A stretch of 64,000 nucleotides of DNA, taken from NCBI GenBank assembly GCA_944350315.1, contig CALVON010000019.1, positions 6,164-70,163 on the forward strand, given 5' to 3'. Origin of the DNA: an uncultured Bacilli bacterium. Lineage in GTDB: Bacteria; Bacillota_I; Bacilli_A; RF39; UBA660. This document shows, piece after piece, positions 18,303 through 26,710 of the stretch. Made by a program: the position numbers and the translations under genes. The first letter of the stretch is position 1. Each line of letters starts with the position of its first letter. The notes under the pieces are model-generated. The model did not search any database, was not told the origin of the DNA, and worked only from the letters and a program-made list of their open reading frames with translations.

Positions 18303-20079
18303 ATCTCAAATTGCCCCTAAAGGACTCCAATTTAATTCAAACGATTTTGTAATTAGTGATAAATATGCGACCGTATTAACTGTAATTTCTTATCCAAGAA
18401 TAGTAAATGATGGATATTTGTCAGACTTAACCAATATTCCTGGTGTAAAAGTCTCAATAAAGCATATACCAGTTCCTTTTTCAATGCTAAGAAAAATGTT
18501 GGATAAAGAACTTGCTGACTTAAGAGCAAAATATCAACAAGAAAGAGATAATACCATTCTTGAAAGGATTCGCCAAGATATGGACTCTTTAGAAATGTTT
18601 ATCCAGCAATTCACAGCTTCACAGTCTAGAACTTTTGATTTTCAGCTTCATATCATGATTACTGCAGATACTAAAGAAGAATTAGAAAATAAAAAAGTAA
18701 ATTTAAAAACATACCTAGATTCCATGGAGTTAGTAGCAGTACCATTAAGATTTGAACAACAAAGAGTATTAAAATCAATGCTACCAATATTTGAAAAACA
18801 GCCAATTGAAGATAGAATTGGTACAATTATGCCATCACCAACAATAGCTACAATGTATCCGTTTATTTTTGATAGTTTGAAAGACGAAGGATTATCAACA
18901 TTACTTGGAGTAGAATTTTCAGGTGGAGTAGTATTATTTAATCAATTTTTGTATCAAATAAGAAAAGAAAATAATCGAAATAATGCTAATATGATTATTT
19001 TAGGAGCATCTGGAAGCGGAAAATCAACAGCAGCCAAATTGATGATACGTAGTCACATAAGAAATAATTATCAACTTGTATGTGTAGATCCTGAAGGAGA
19101 ACTTAGTGAAATGACAAAGAACTATGGTGGCGAAGTTATTGACTTAGGAAAAGGCGGGCAATATGGTATGATTAATCCACTTGAAATAGTAATGGATAGT
19201 GATGATAATGAGATATCTAGTCAAGGGTTAGGATATACTATACTTACATCTACACTTCAGACATTAAAAGCATTCATGAAATATTATTCGCCAAATATTG
19301 AGGAAGATGTATTGACACTTTTCGGGGAAATGGCTTTAGAGACGTACGCAAGATTTGGAATTGCCTATAATACTAATTTTTCCAATTATAAATCTAAGGA
19401 TTTTCCAATTATGCAAGATGTTTATGTAACTGTTACTAGTAAATTGACATCTATGACTGAAAAGACTCATGAAAGAGATGTTTTAGAAAGACTTGAATTA
19501 AAACTTAGACCATTAGTAAAAGAATTACAATATTATTTTAATGGCCATACAACAATTGATACTTCAAACGACTATTTAGTATTTAATATTAAAGAAATTA
19601 TGAATTCTGACGTAAATATTAGAAATGCTCTATTATTTAATGTTTTAAAATATGCTTGGAGTTTATGTTTAAATCCAAATAAAAATACTGTATTATCAGT
19701 AGATGAAGCCCATGTTTTACTAGGATCACAAAATGAATTAGGGGCCGAATTTTTGGCGCAAGTACAAAGAAGGGCAAGAAAATATAATACAGGTACCATT
19801 ATAATAACGCAACAACCGTCAGACTTTGTTGCTAACAATATGATTATGCATGGTAAAGCTATATTTGATAATGCATCATATTATTTAGTGATGGGATTAA
19901 GAAAACAAGCTGCTGATGACTTAGCATTACTAATAGACCTAAATGATAATGAAAAAGAAAATATAAAGAGATATAATCAAGGAGAAGCACTATTTGTTTG
20001 TGGAAATAGAAGAATGCAAATAGATGTAACCTTAACTGATAGTGAACTTGAATCATTTGGAAGTGGCGGAGGACTTTAA
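18292..20079 (+). CDS. VirB4-like conjugal transfer ATPase, C-terminal ATPase part
   Basis: Walker A GASGSGKST, Walker B LSVDEAHVL, and IIITQQPSDF typical of VirB4/TraE. GTG start with AAGGCGG 9 nt upstream. 185 + 595 aa is about the length of a canonical single-chain VirB4. Confidence 0.85.
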   Translation: MNVKSQIAPKGLQFNSNDFVISDKYATVLTVISYPRIVNDGYLSDLTNIPGVKVSIKHIPVPFSMLRKMLDKELADLRAKYQQERDNTILERIRQDMDSLEMFIQQFTASQSRTFDFQLHIMITADTKEELENKKVNLKTYLDSMELVAVPLRFEQQRVLKSMLPIFEKQPIEDRIGTIMPSPTIATMYPFIFDSLKDEGLSTLLGVEFSGGVVLFNQFLYQIRKENNRNNANMIILGASGSGKSTAAKLMIRSHIRNNYQLVCVDPEGELSEMTKNYGGEVIDLGKGGQYGMINPLEIVMDSDDNEISSQGLGYTILTSTLQTLKAFMKYYSPNIEEDVLTLFGEMALETYARFGIAYNTNFSNYKSKDFPIMQDVYVTVTSKLTSMTEKTHERDVLERLELKLRPLVKELQYYFNGHTTIDTSNDYLVFNIKEIMNSDVNIRNALLFNVLKYAWSLCLNPNKNTVLSVDEAHVLLGSQNELGAEFLAQVQRRARKYNTGTIIITQQPSDFVANNMIMHGKAIFDNASYYLVMGLRKQAADDLALLIDLNDNEKENIKRYNQGEALFVCGNRRMQIDVTLTDSELESFGSGGGL

Positions 20080-20102
20080 TAAAAATTAAATGAAATAAGG
20101 AT

Positions 20103-21776
20103 GTGGTAATATTGGGGAAAAAGATAGACTTGAATCGAAAACGTAATAATTTAACTCATAAAAATAAAAATACACGTCCAAAAAATAATAACTATGAAGG
20201 CAATAATAGCGATTTGGATGGAGAAAATATTACTGATGAAGAACAAAACAAAATAAATGCACCCGCCACTAAAACTTCAAATGGATTATTTGGCATAAAT
20301 GCAATAAACAATTCAGTATCAACAAAAAATAAAATTAAATTATTAACTAAAAATCCAGCTATTAAAGCAATAAAAACAAAACTGATATTAATTGGTATTG
20401 GGGTATCTTCGTTTGTTTTTATAATATTGTTCCTTATGGCAATGTTTGGTAATGAAACAGCACAAATTGCTACTGGTGGCTACTATGCTATGACGTGCCC
20501 CGAAGTAACGGTAATTTTTACTGACAAAGAAAATAACTATGAAATAACTGGTTCCAAAACATATCCATTTGAAGAATACATTGCTGGTGTTGTAGCTAAG
20601 GAAGTGGGTCCATTAGTATCCCTAGAAGTTTACAAGACTTTTGCCATTGCAGCAAGAAGTTACTTCTTTGCCAATGAAACAAATTGCATAATTGAATCTA
20701 GTGATCGTAAACAAGTATTTAGAGAACTAACAGAAACGGAAGCAGATAAATTAGTAATACAGGCAGTAGAAGAAACAAAAGGGAAAGTGTTGCTTTCTGA
20801 CAATCAATTATTTAGCACCCAATATGATGCTTTTGCATGCATTGCAAAAGATGATAATTACTATACCATTTCCCAAGCAAATCAAAAATTGCCAATTGAA
20901 TGGATTGATTCAAAAATAAATAAAGAGTCAAAACCAGAGTGGTTTATATGTAATGGCAAAGAAAATTTGAAAGAGCATCATGGAAATGGACTAAGCCAGT
21001 ATGGCTCTCTATACTTAGCTGTTGAACTAGATTATACATATGACCAAATTTTAAATTATTACCTTAGTGAATATGATATCACCATAAGTAGCGGTGGAAT
21101 AACCTCTATAGCTGGATTAGAAGTAAAAGATACAACTAATTCTGAAGCATTGAAAGAAAATTTAAGTCAATATTTATTAAATAATGGTAGTTCAATTGAA
21201 GAAATGAACGAATTTATATATAACAGTGTAGAAGAAGCAGGGAAAGGAACTAGAGCAGGAGTCGTTACTGCAGCTGTGTCATTAATTAATTATCTATATG
21301 ATAATTTCAATGTGCACATACCATATTATTGGAATGGAAAATATCAATACTATGGTGTTAATCCAAACTTTGGTGAAGAAACAGGTGGTTCGTGTTCACC
21401 AACTAGATGCTATTATTACTCCGGTTTTGATTGTAGTGGCTTTGTAAGTTGGGCCATAAAAAATGGTGGATATAACATAGGCGGATACTCCACATATGAC
21501 TTTCATAATAACTTTTCGCAAAATAGTTGTAGTATAACAGATGAAACATGTGTCGGGCAACCAGGAGATCTAATAAATACAAGAGATTCTCACGTTCAAT
21601 TGATTGTAGCAGTAGATGAGGAATCTCAAAAATACATTATAGCTGAATCCACAGGAAGTTACGGAGTCATTATGCGAGAATATGATATGCACAAAAGCAT
21701 GTTTCTTAAAGATACTAGAATTTTATTAATGGATGACTATTATAACAATCCTAACAATGTAGACCCAAATTATTAA
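20103..21776 (+). CDS. Membrane-anchored bifunctional cell-wall hydrolase: SpoIID-like lytic transglycosylase domain plus NlpC/P60 endopeptidase domain
   Basis: TM at KLILIGIGVSSFVFIILFLMAMF. SpoIID/LytB signature EEYIAGVVAKEVGP..LEVYKTFAIAARSYF. NlpC/P60 Cys in GFDCSGFVSW and His in DSHVQLIV. The exact start codon is uncertain. Confidence 0.75.
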   Translation: MVILGKKIDLNRKRNNLTHKNKNTRPKNNNYEGNNSDLDGENITDEEQNKINAPATKTSNGLFGINAINNSVSTKNKIKLLTKNPAIKAIKTKLILIGIGVSSFVFIILFLMAMFGNETAQIATGGYYAMTCPEVTVIFTDKENNYEITGSKTYPFEEYIAGVVAKEVGPLVSLEVYKTFAIAARSYFFANETNCIIESSDRKQVFRELTETEADKLVIQAVEETKGKVLLSDNQLFSTQYDAFACIAKDDNYYTISQANQKLPIEWIDSKINKESKPEWFICNGKENLKEHHGNGLSQYGSLYLAVELDYTYDQILNYYLSEYDITISSGGITSIAGLEVKDTTNSEALKENLSQYLLNNGSSIEEMNEFIYNSVEEAGKGTRAGVVTAAVSLINYLYDNFNVHIPYYWNGKYQYYGVNPNFGEETGGSCSPTRCYYYSGFDCSGFVSWAIKNGGYNIGGYSTYDFHNNFSQNSCSITDETCVGQPGDLINTRDSHVQLIVAVDEESQKYIIAESTGSYGVIMREYDMHKSMFLKDTRILLMDDYYNNPNNVDPNY

Positions 21777-21789
21777 AAAGGGGGATATT

Positions 21790-22512
21790 ATGAAAAAAAG
21801 AATAATAATGTTGATAGCAGTTATATTTCTTACAACAGGTTGTACATGTGAATATAATTTAACAATTGATAATAATACATATAAAGAAGAAATTGTCTTG
21901 ACATCAAGTGATAGTGAAGAATTAACCAATTTTAACAATGAATGGCAAATACCTATAGATAAGGAAATTTATCAAAATATTAGTGGTGATCCGAGTACGG
22001 AAACTAATATAGAAGAAGATATATATAATTATAATTTATCTGGGAATAAATTGAAATTTGACTATGAATTTACTAAAAACGGTATATCTAATTCAACGGC
22101 AATTTCAGCATGTTATAATACAGCAACAATTCAAAGTTATGATGATTCAATAATAATATCGACTAGTGATAAAGTAAAATGTTTTGATACTTATCCACCA
22201 CTTACAGAAATAAAAATTAACATTTCTACAGATCAAAAAGTAACCACACATAATGCTGATAGCGTCAATGAAAATACATATACTTGGTATATAACAAAAG
22301 AACAAGCCGAAAATAGACCTATCAACATGATAATTAAAAAAAATGAAGCAAGTTCTTCGTCAAGTGTAGCAGAATCAACAACAAATAATCAAAATAATAA
22401 ACAAAAAGATTATACCTTATATATATTTTGCTTAATATTACTTATTGTTTTACTATTAGGATATTTTATAGTTACAAGAATAAAGAAAGACAAAGATGAT
22501 ATGGATGATTAA
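21790..22512 (+). CDS. T4SS-associated lipoprotein with an additional C-terminal TM anchor
   Basis: Lipobox FLTTGC at residues 13-18. Ser-rich linker. C-terminal helix LYIFCLILLIVLLLGYFIV followed by KKDKDD. Confidence 0.6.
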   Translation: MKKRIIMLIAVIFLTTGCTCEYNLTIDNNTYKEEIVLTSSDSEELTNFNNEWQIPIDKEIYQNISGDPSTETNIEEDIYNYNLSGNKLKFDYEFTKNGISNSTAISACYNTATIQSYDDSIIISTSDKVKCFDTYPPLTEIKINISTDQKVTTHNADSVNENTYTWYITKEQAENRPINMIIKKNEASSSSSVAESTTNNQNNKQKDYTLYIFCLILLIVLLLGYFIVTRIKKDKDDMDD

Positions 22513-22581
22513 TTTCATCCTTTTTATTGATAGTTTTTAATCAATGTGTTATAATTTTACTTATGAAAAGAGGTGTAATAA

Positions 22582-24966
22582 ATGAAATTTAAAATTGAAT
22601 CAAAGGATTTAATAATTTTTATTTGTTTTTGTGTATTATTATTATACCTTTGTGCTATTACTGTCTTAAATTTATCGACATTATCAACAGACGGTGTATT
22701 TTATGGTCTATTACCATTTAAAGCATTCACTGGAAAATATATTGGAGCAACTTTAGTTTTGTTTATATTAGCACTAATTGGTGTTTTTACTGCGGTTAAT
22801 TCCTATATCTTTGACCGTGAATCTGGATTTGGATTTAGCATTGGTGGCAAGAAGAACAATGGCTATTCCAGATGGGCAAAAAAGACTGAAATAAAAAAAC
22901 AACTAAAAAGAGTTGATCCAAAAGCATATTCAGCTGATGCTGCTGGGCTAGTAGTAATTAATGAAGGCCACACAATATGGGTAGACGATGGAGAGGCACA
23001 TAACATTGTTATCGGAGCTACCGGTAGTGGTAAAACCCAAGCAGTTGTCTTTCCAATGGTACAAAGCTTAGCTAAAAAAGGCGAATCGATGATTATCACC
23101 GATCCTAAAGGGGAAATATATGAAAACACCGCCAATATGCTAAGAGAAAGAGGATATAATATAATTATTCTAAACTTTAGAAGCCCACAACAAGGAAATG
23201 GTTGGAATCCTATGGCCCTTCCATATGAATTATATAAAGAAGGAAATGCCGATAAGGCTATTGAATTATTAGATGACTTAGCATTAAACATTTTGTATGA
23301 AGAAAAAGCAGGAAATGCCGATCCATTTTGGGAAAAATCAGCTGCCGACTATTTTACTGGTCTTGCTTTAGGATTATTTGAAGATGCTAAAGAAAATCAA
23401 ATTAATTTAAATAGTATGAATCTTATGTCGAGTCTAGGAGAGGAAAGATTTGGGGGACCAAACAACAACTACATTAAGGAATACTTTAACTCAAAAGATC
23501 CATCACGTCCAGCATATGTTAATGCTTCAGGAGTAGTCTACACAGCAGAAGATACAAAGCAAGGTGTATTAGCAACCTTTAAACAAAAAGTGAAATTGTT
23601 CTCATCACGCGATAATTTATCAGAAATGTTATGCCATAGCGATTTTGAAATGAAAGAAATAGGAAGACAAAAAACAGCTGTCTTCATGATAGTGCAAGAT
23701 GAGAAAAAAACGCTTCACCCATTAGCAACAATCTTTATTAAACAATGTTATGAAACTCTAATTGATGTAGCACAAGAATCTGGTGGGAAATTACCATATA
23801 GAACAAATTTTATTCTTGATGAATTTGCCAATATGCCACCATTAAAAGATGTTACGACAATGGTAACAGCTGCTCGTTCAAGACTTATTAGATTTACCTT
23901 TATCATTCAAAATTACGCTCAACTAACTCAAGTGTATGGAAAGGAAAATGCAGAAACAATAAAAGGAAACTGTAATATTACATATCTAATAAGCAGTGAA
24001 TTAGGGGCACTTGAAGAATTGTCAAAATTATGTGGTGAAGTAAAATCAAAAGAAAAAGATAAAACTGCATCTACGCCACTAGTAACAGTTAGTGATCTAC
24101 AAAGATTACAACAATATGAAACAATCAGTTTACGTCTAAGAACAATGCCATTTAAAACAAAATTGATTCCTAATTACAAAATGGATTGGGGAAAAAAGTA
24201 TGAAAAGGCTACATATCCAGAAAGAGAAAGACAAAAGGTTGAATTATTTGATATTCGTGAATTTGTAAAAGAAATGAAAAAGAAAAAAATGGCTGAAATG
24301 ATGGGATCAACACCTAATGGTGGTGAAATGTCAAAAATGCCAAACTCCAATCCATTTTTAGGAAATCCCTATGGGATAAATCAAATGTCAAATCCTTCAT
24401 TTGGTACTAATCCATTTACTTTAAATAATCCATTTGCTAATAACTTTAATAATAATTCTCAATCATCCGGAAGCTTTAATGTTGATGATTTAGTAAAAAG
24501 AATTGATGCCAAAATAGCAGAATTAGAAGCTGAAGAGCAAGAAGAAAAAGAAAAAGCTAATAAAAGCAATGGCAAACTGTCACCAATAGAAATTAAAGAA
24601 AATGTTAATAGCATATCTGATTTACCTGAAGAAAAAAGTCAAAATAATAATGTATTGTCAGATGAAGTAAAAGATGAAAAAATTAACCTATCTGATAATG
24701 CTTCAATTAAAGAAAATAACGAAATTAATATAAATGAGCTATTACAAGAAAAGAATGAACTACCTGATAATACTCCAATTAAAGAAAATAATACAATTAA
24801 TATAAATGAATTATCGCAAGAAAAAAATAAACTACCTAATAATAACCCAATTAATGAAAAAAATACAATTAATATAAATGAATTATCACAAGAAAAAAAT
24901 AATAGTATTCCTAATACTCAGGAAAATGATGATAATTTCTTTGATGACTTTTTTGCTGATGAGTAA
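22582..24966 (+). CDS. VirD4/TraG-family type IV coupling protein with a long low-complexity C-terminal tail
   Basis: Two N-terminal TM helices, Walker A GATGSGKTQ, Walker B FILDEFANM, IQNYAQL motif. About 225-aa Asn/Pro-rich tail containing tandem repeats. Confidence 0.88.
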   Translation: MKFKIESKDLIIFICFCVLLLYLCAITVLNLSTLSTDGVFYGLLPFKAFTGKYIGATLVLFILALIGVFTAVNSYIFDRESGFGFSIGGKKNNGYSRWAKKTEIKKQLKRVDPKAYSADAAGLVVINEGHTIWVDDGEAHNIVIGATGSGKTQAVVFPMVQSLAKKGESMIITDPKGEIYENTANMLRERGYNIIILNFRSPQQGNGWNPMALPYELYKEGNADKAIELLDDLALNILYEEKAGNADPFWEKSAADYFTGLALGLFEDAKENQINLNSMNLMSSLGEERFGGPNNNYIKEYFNSKDPSRPAYVNASGVVYTAEDTKQGVLATFKQKVKLFSSRDNLSEMLCHSDFEMKEIGRQKTAVFMIVQDEKKTLHPLATIFIKQCYETLIDVAQESGGKLPYRTNFILDEFANMPPLKDVTTMVTAARSRLIRFTFIIQNYAQLTQVYGKENAETIKGNCNITYLISSELGALEELSKLCGEVKSKEKDKTASTPLVTVSDLQRLQQYETISLRLRTMPFKTKLIPNYKMDWGKKYEKATYPERERQKVELFDIREFVKEMKKKKMAEMMGSTPNGGEMSKMPNSNPFLGNPYGINQMSNPSFGTNPFTLNNPFANNFNNNSQSSGSFNVDDLVKRIDAKIAELEAEEQEEKEKANKSNGKLSPIEIKENVNSISDLPEEKSQNNNVLSDEVKDEKINLSDNASIKENNEININELLQEKNELPDNTPIKENNTININELSQEKNKLPNNNPINEKNTININELSQEKNNSIPNTQENDDNFFDDFFADE
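24688..24903 (+). repeat. Three in-frame 72-bp (24-aa) tandem repeats inside the VirD4 tail
   Basis: Units 24688-24759, 24760-24831 and 24832-24903 encode LSDNASIKENNEININELLQEKNE / LPDNTPIKENNTININELSQEKNK / LPNNNPINEKNTININELSQEKNN. Confidence 0.9.
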
Positions 24967-24977
24967 TATTAAAAAAC

Positions 24978-25018
24978 ATAATGCAAGTATTATAAAAATA
25001 TATGCATTGTGTTTTTTT
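24978..25018 (+). terminator. Weak terminator-like hairpin after virD4
   Basis: AATGCA (24980-24985) / TGCATT (25003-25008) with a long loop, followed by GTGTTTTTTT. Confidence 0.35.
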
Positions 25019-25074
25019 AGTCAATCTAACTTATCAATAATAGTATATCTAAATATAATAAAATAGGTGATATA

Positions 25075-25362
25075 ATGAATGAAATTAGTATCAAAGATTT
25101 AATTAAATTAGATAATCCTAATATTATTGATATAAGAGACAACTACACTTACAATTTAGGACATATAAAGAATGCTAAAAATATTCCATATTATAGTTTA
25201 TTATCCAACTATTCAATATATTTAAATAAAAATGACACCTATTACTTATACTGTAACTACGGGAAACAAAGTCTAGAAATAAGCAACCGTCTAAATTTAT
25301 TTGGATATCATACATTTTATATTAAAGAAGGATATTTAGACTTTAAAAATAAAAATATTTAA
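25075..25362 (+). CDS. Single-domain rhodanese-like sulfurtransferase
   Basis: IIDIRDNYTYNLGHIKNAKNIP and the active-site loop YCNYGKQS. Confidence 0.8.
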   Translation: MNEISIKDLIKLDNPNIIDIRDNYTYNLGHIKNAKNIPYYSLLSNYSIYLNKNDTYYLYCNYGKQSLEISNRLNLFGYHTFYIKEGYLDFKNKNI

Positions 25363-25388
25363 TGTATAATATTAATAGGTGATAATAA

Positions 25389-26447
25389 ATGGAGTATATA
25401 GTAATTGGCTTACTTATAATAATTATAATTTTATTAATAATTTTACTATCAAGAGGAAATTTAGGATTAATAGAAAGATTGAGTAAAGTTGAAACAACTA
25501 CAATAAAAGAATTGTCATCATTCAGAACAGAACTATCTAAAAGTCTAACTGAAGATTTTGAACATTTAGAAGACAAAGTTGAAAAAAGATTAATATTTAT
25601 TAATGACAAAGTAAATGAAAGATTAGATGAAAACTTTAGTAAAACCAATAAAACATTTACCAATGTTTTAGAAAGACTATCAAAGATAGATGAAGCTCAG
25701 AAAAAGATTGATAGTTTATCTGGTGATATTGTTTCATTACAAAGCATTTTAACTGATAAAAAAAGTAGAGGAATATTTGGCGAAGTAAATTTAAATCACA
25801 TTTTAAAAAATGTTTTTGGAGAAAGCAATGAAAAAATTTATAAACTTCAATATACATTGCCAAACACAACCATAGCAGATGCAGTAATATTCACTCCTGA
25901 ACCCTTAGGAACAATTGCAATAGATTCTAAATTTCCATTAGAAAATTACCGTTTAATGGTAGACAAAAATAAAAGCGCATCTGAAAGGCAAATGTATGAA
26001 AAACAATTTAAAAGTGATGTAAAAAAACACATCGATGCCATAAGTAATAAATATATCATTCCAGGAATAACATCTAATCAAGCCATCATGTTCTTACCAG
26101 CTGAAGCTATTTTTGCTGAAATTAATGCATATCATAATGATTTAGTAGAATATGCCTATAAAAAAAATGTCTGGATAACGTCTCCTACAACATTAATTTC
26201 TTCACTAACAACCATTCAGGTATTATTAAAAAATATGGAAAGAGACAAATATGCCAAAGTAGTTCATGACGAATTGATTAAGTTAGGAATTGAATTTCAA
26301 AGATACAAAGAAAGATGGGATAAATTATCTAGAAGCATCGAAACTGTCGGAAAAGATGTTGAAAATTTAAATATTACTTCCGAAAAGATAACTAAAAAAT
26401 TTGAATCAATAAATGATGTTAAATTAGATGAAAATTATTTAAAATAA
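25389..26447 (+). CDS. rmuC: DNA recombination protein RmuC
   Basis: N-terminal TM, coiled coil, and a nuclease-like core with IAIDSKFPLENY. Confidence 0.85.
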   Translation: MEYIVIGLLIIIIILLIILLSRGNLGLIERLSKVETTTIKELSSFRTELSKSLTEDFEHLEDKVEKRLIFINDKVNERLDENFSKTNKTFTNVLERLSKIDEAQKKIDSLSGDIVSLQSILTDKKSRGIFGEVNLNHILKNVFGESNEKIYKLQYTLPNTTIADAVIFTPEPLGTIAIDSKFPLENYRLMVDKNKSASERQMYEKQFKSDVKKHIDAISNKYIIPGITSNQAIMFLPAEAIFAEINAYHNDLVEYAYKKNVWITSPTTLISSLTTIQVLLKNMERDKYAKVVHDELIKLGIEFQRYKERWDKLSRSIETVGKDVENLNITSEKITKKFESINDVKLDENYLK

Positions 26448-26488
26448 TAAAATATGAGTCATTTGAATACACTATTATAGGTGATTAA

Positions 26489-26710
26489 ATGACCCGTATT
26501 TTTTTCTTTTTATTTGGCTTTGGATTAATGACATTAGGGTTTATATATGCAATTTCTTATTTAAATTTATTAAATTTTGGGTATAATTTACATGATTATG
26601 TTAATTTTATAATAAAAAGAGTGGAATGTTATTTTATAATTATTGGCTTTATTATTTTAAATTTATCAATATATATAAAAGGAGATAAAAATAATGGATT
26701 ATATTTATGA
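26489..26710 (+). CDS. Small membrane protein (2-3 TM), unknown function
   Basis: AGGTGA RBS. Hydrophobic 73-aa product. Overlaps the next ORF by 17 nt. Confidence 0.5.
   Translation: MTRIFFFLFGFGLMTLGFIYAISYLNLLNFGYNLHDYVNFIIKRVECYFIIIGFIILNLSIYIKGDKNNGLYL

Larger units (their letters stand above)
13736..24966 (+). other. Gram-positive type IV secretion / conjugative mating-pair-formation-like gene cluster (mobility unproven)
   Basis: Ten co-oriented, tightly packed or overlapping ORFs. They cover pilin-like (x2), VirB6-like, VirB3/PrgI-like, VirB4 (two ORFs), wall hydrolase, lipoprotein and VirD4 functions. See the individual entries. Confidence 0.75.

Noticed and set aside
22863-23291. 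142-aa minus-strand ORF
   Set aside because: It is antisense to the Walker A region of virD4, whose plus-strand frame has unambiguous motifs.
24688-24903. Regular 72-bp repeats considered as a possible CRISPR-like or non-coding array
   Set aside because: The units are directly adjacent with no spacers, in frame within virD4, and diverge mainly in ways that preserve a 24-aa peptide repeat. No cas genes are present.
22582-24966. The 794-aa P-loop ATPase considered as an EssC/FtsK-type T7SS motor for the WXG100 pair
   Set aside because: It has a single P-loop domain with TraG/VirD4 motifs and two N-terminal TM helices, it sits in a T4SS operon, and it is 35 kb from the WXG genes. EssC proteins have FHA domains and multiple ATPase domains.
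13736-24966. The cluster considered as a prophage or phage-like particle locus
   Set aside because: No terminase, portal, capsid, tail or tape-measure, holin or integrase candidates are present. All recognisable motifs are T4SS-type.
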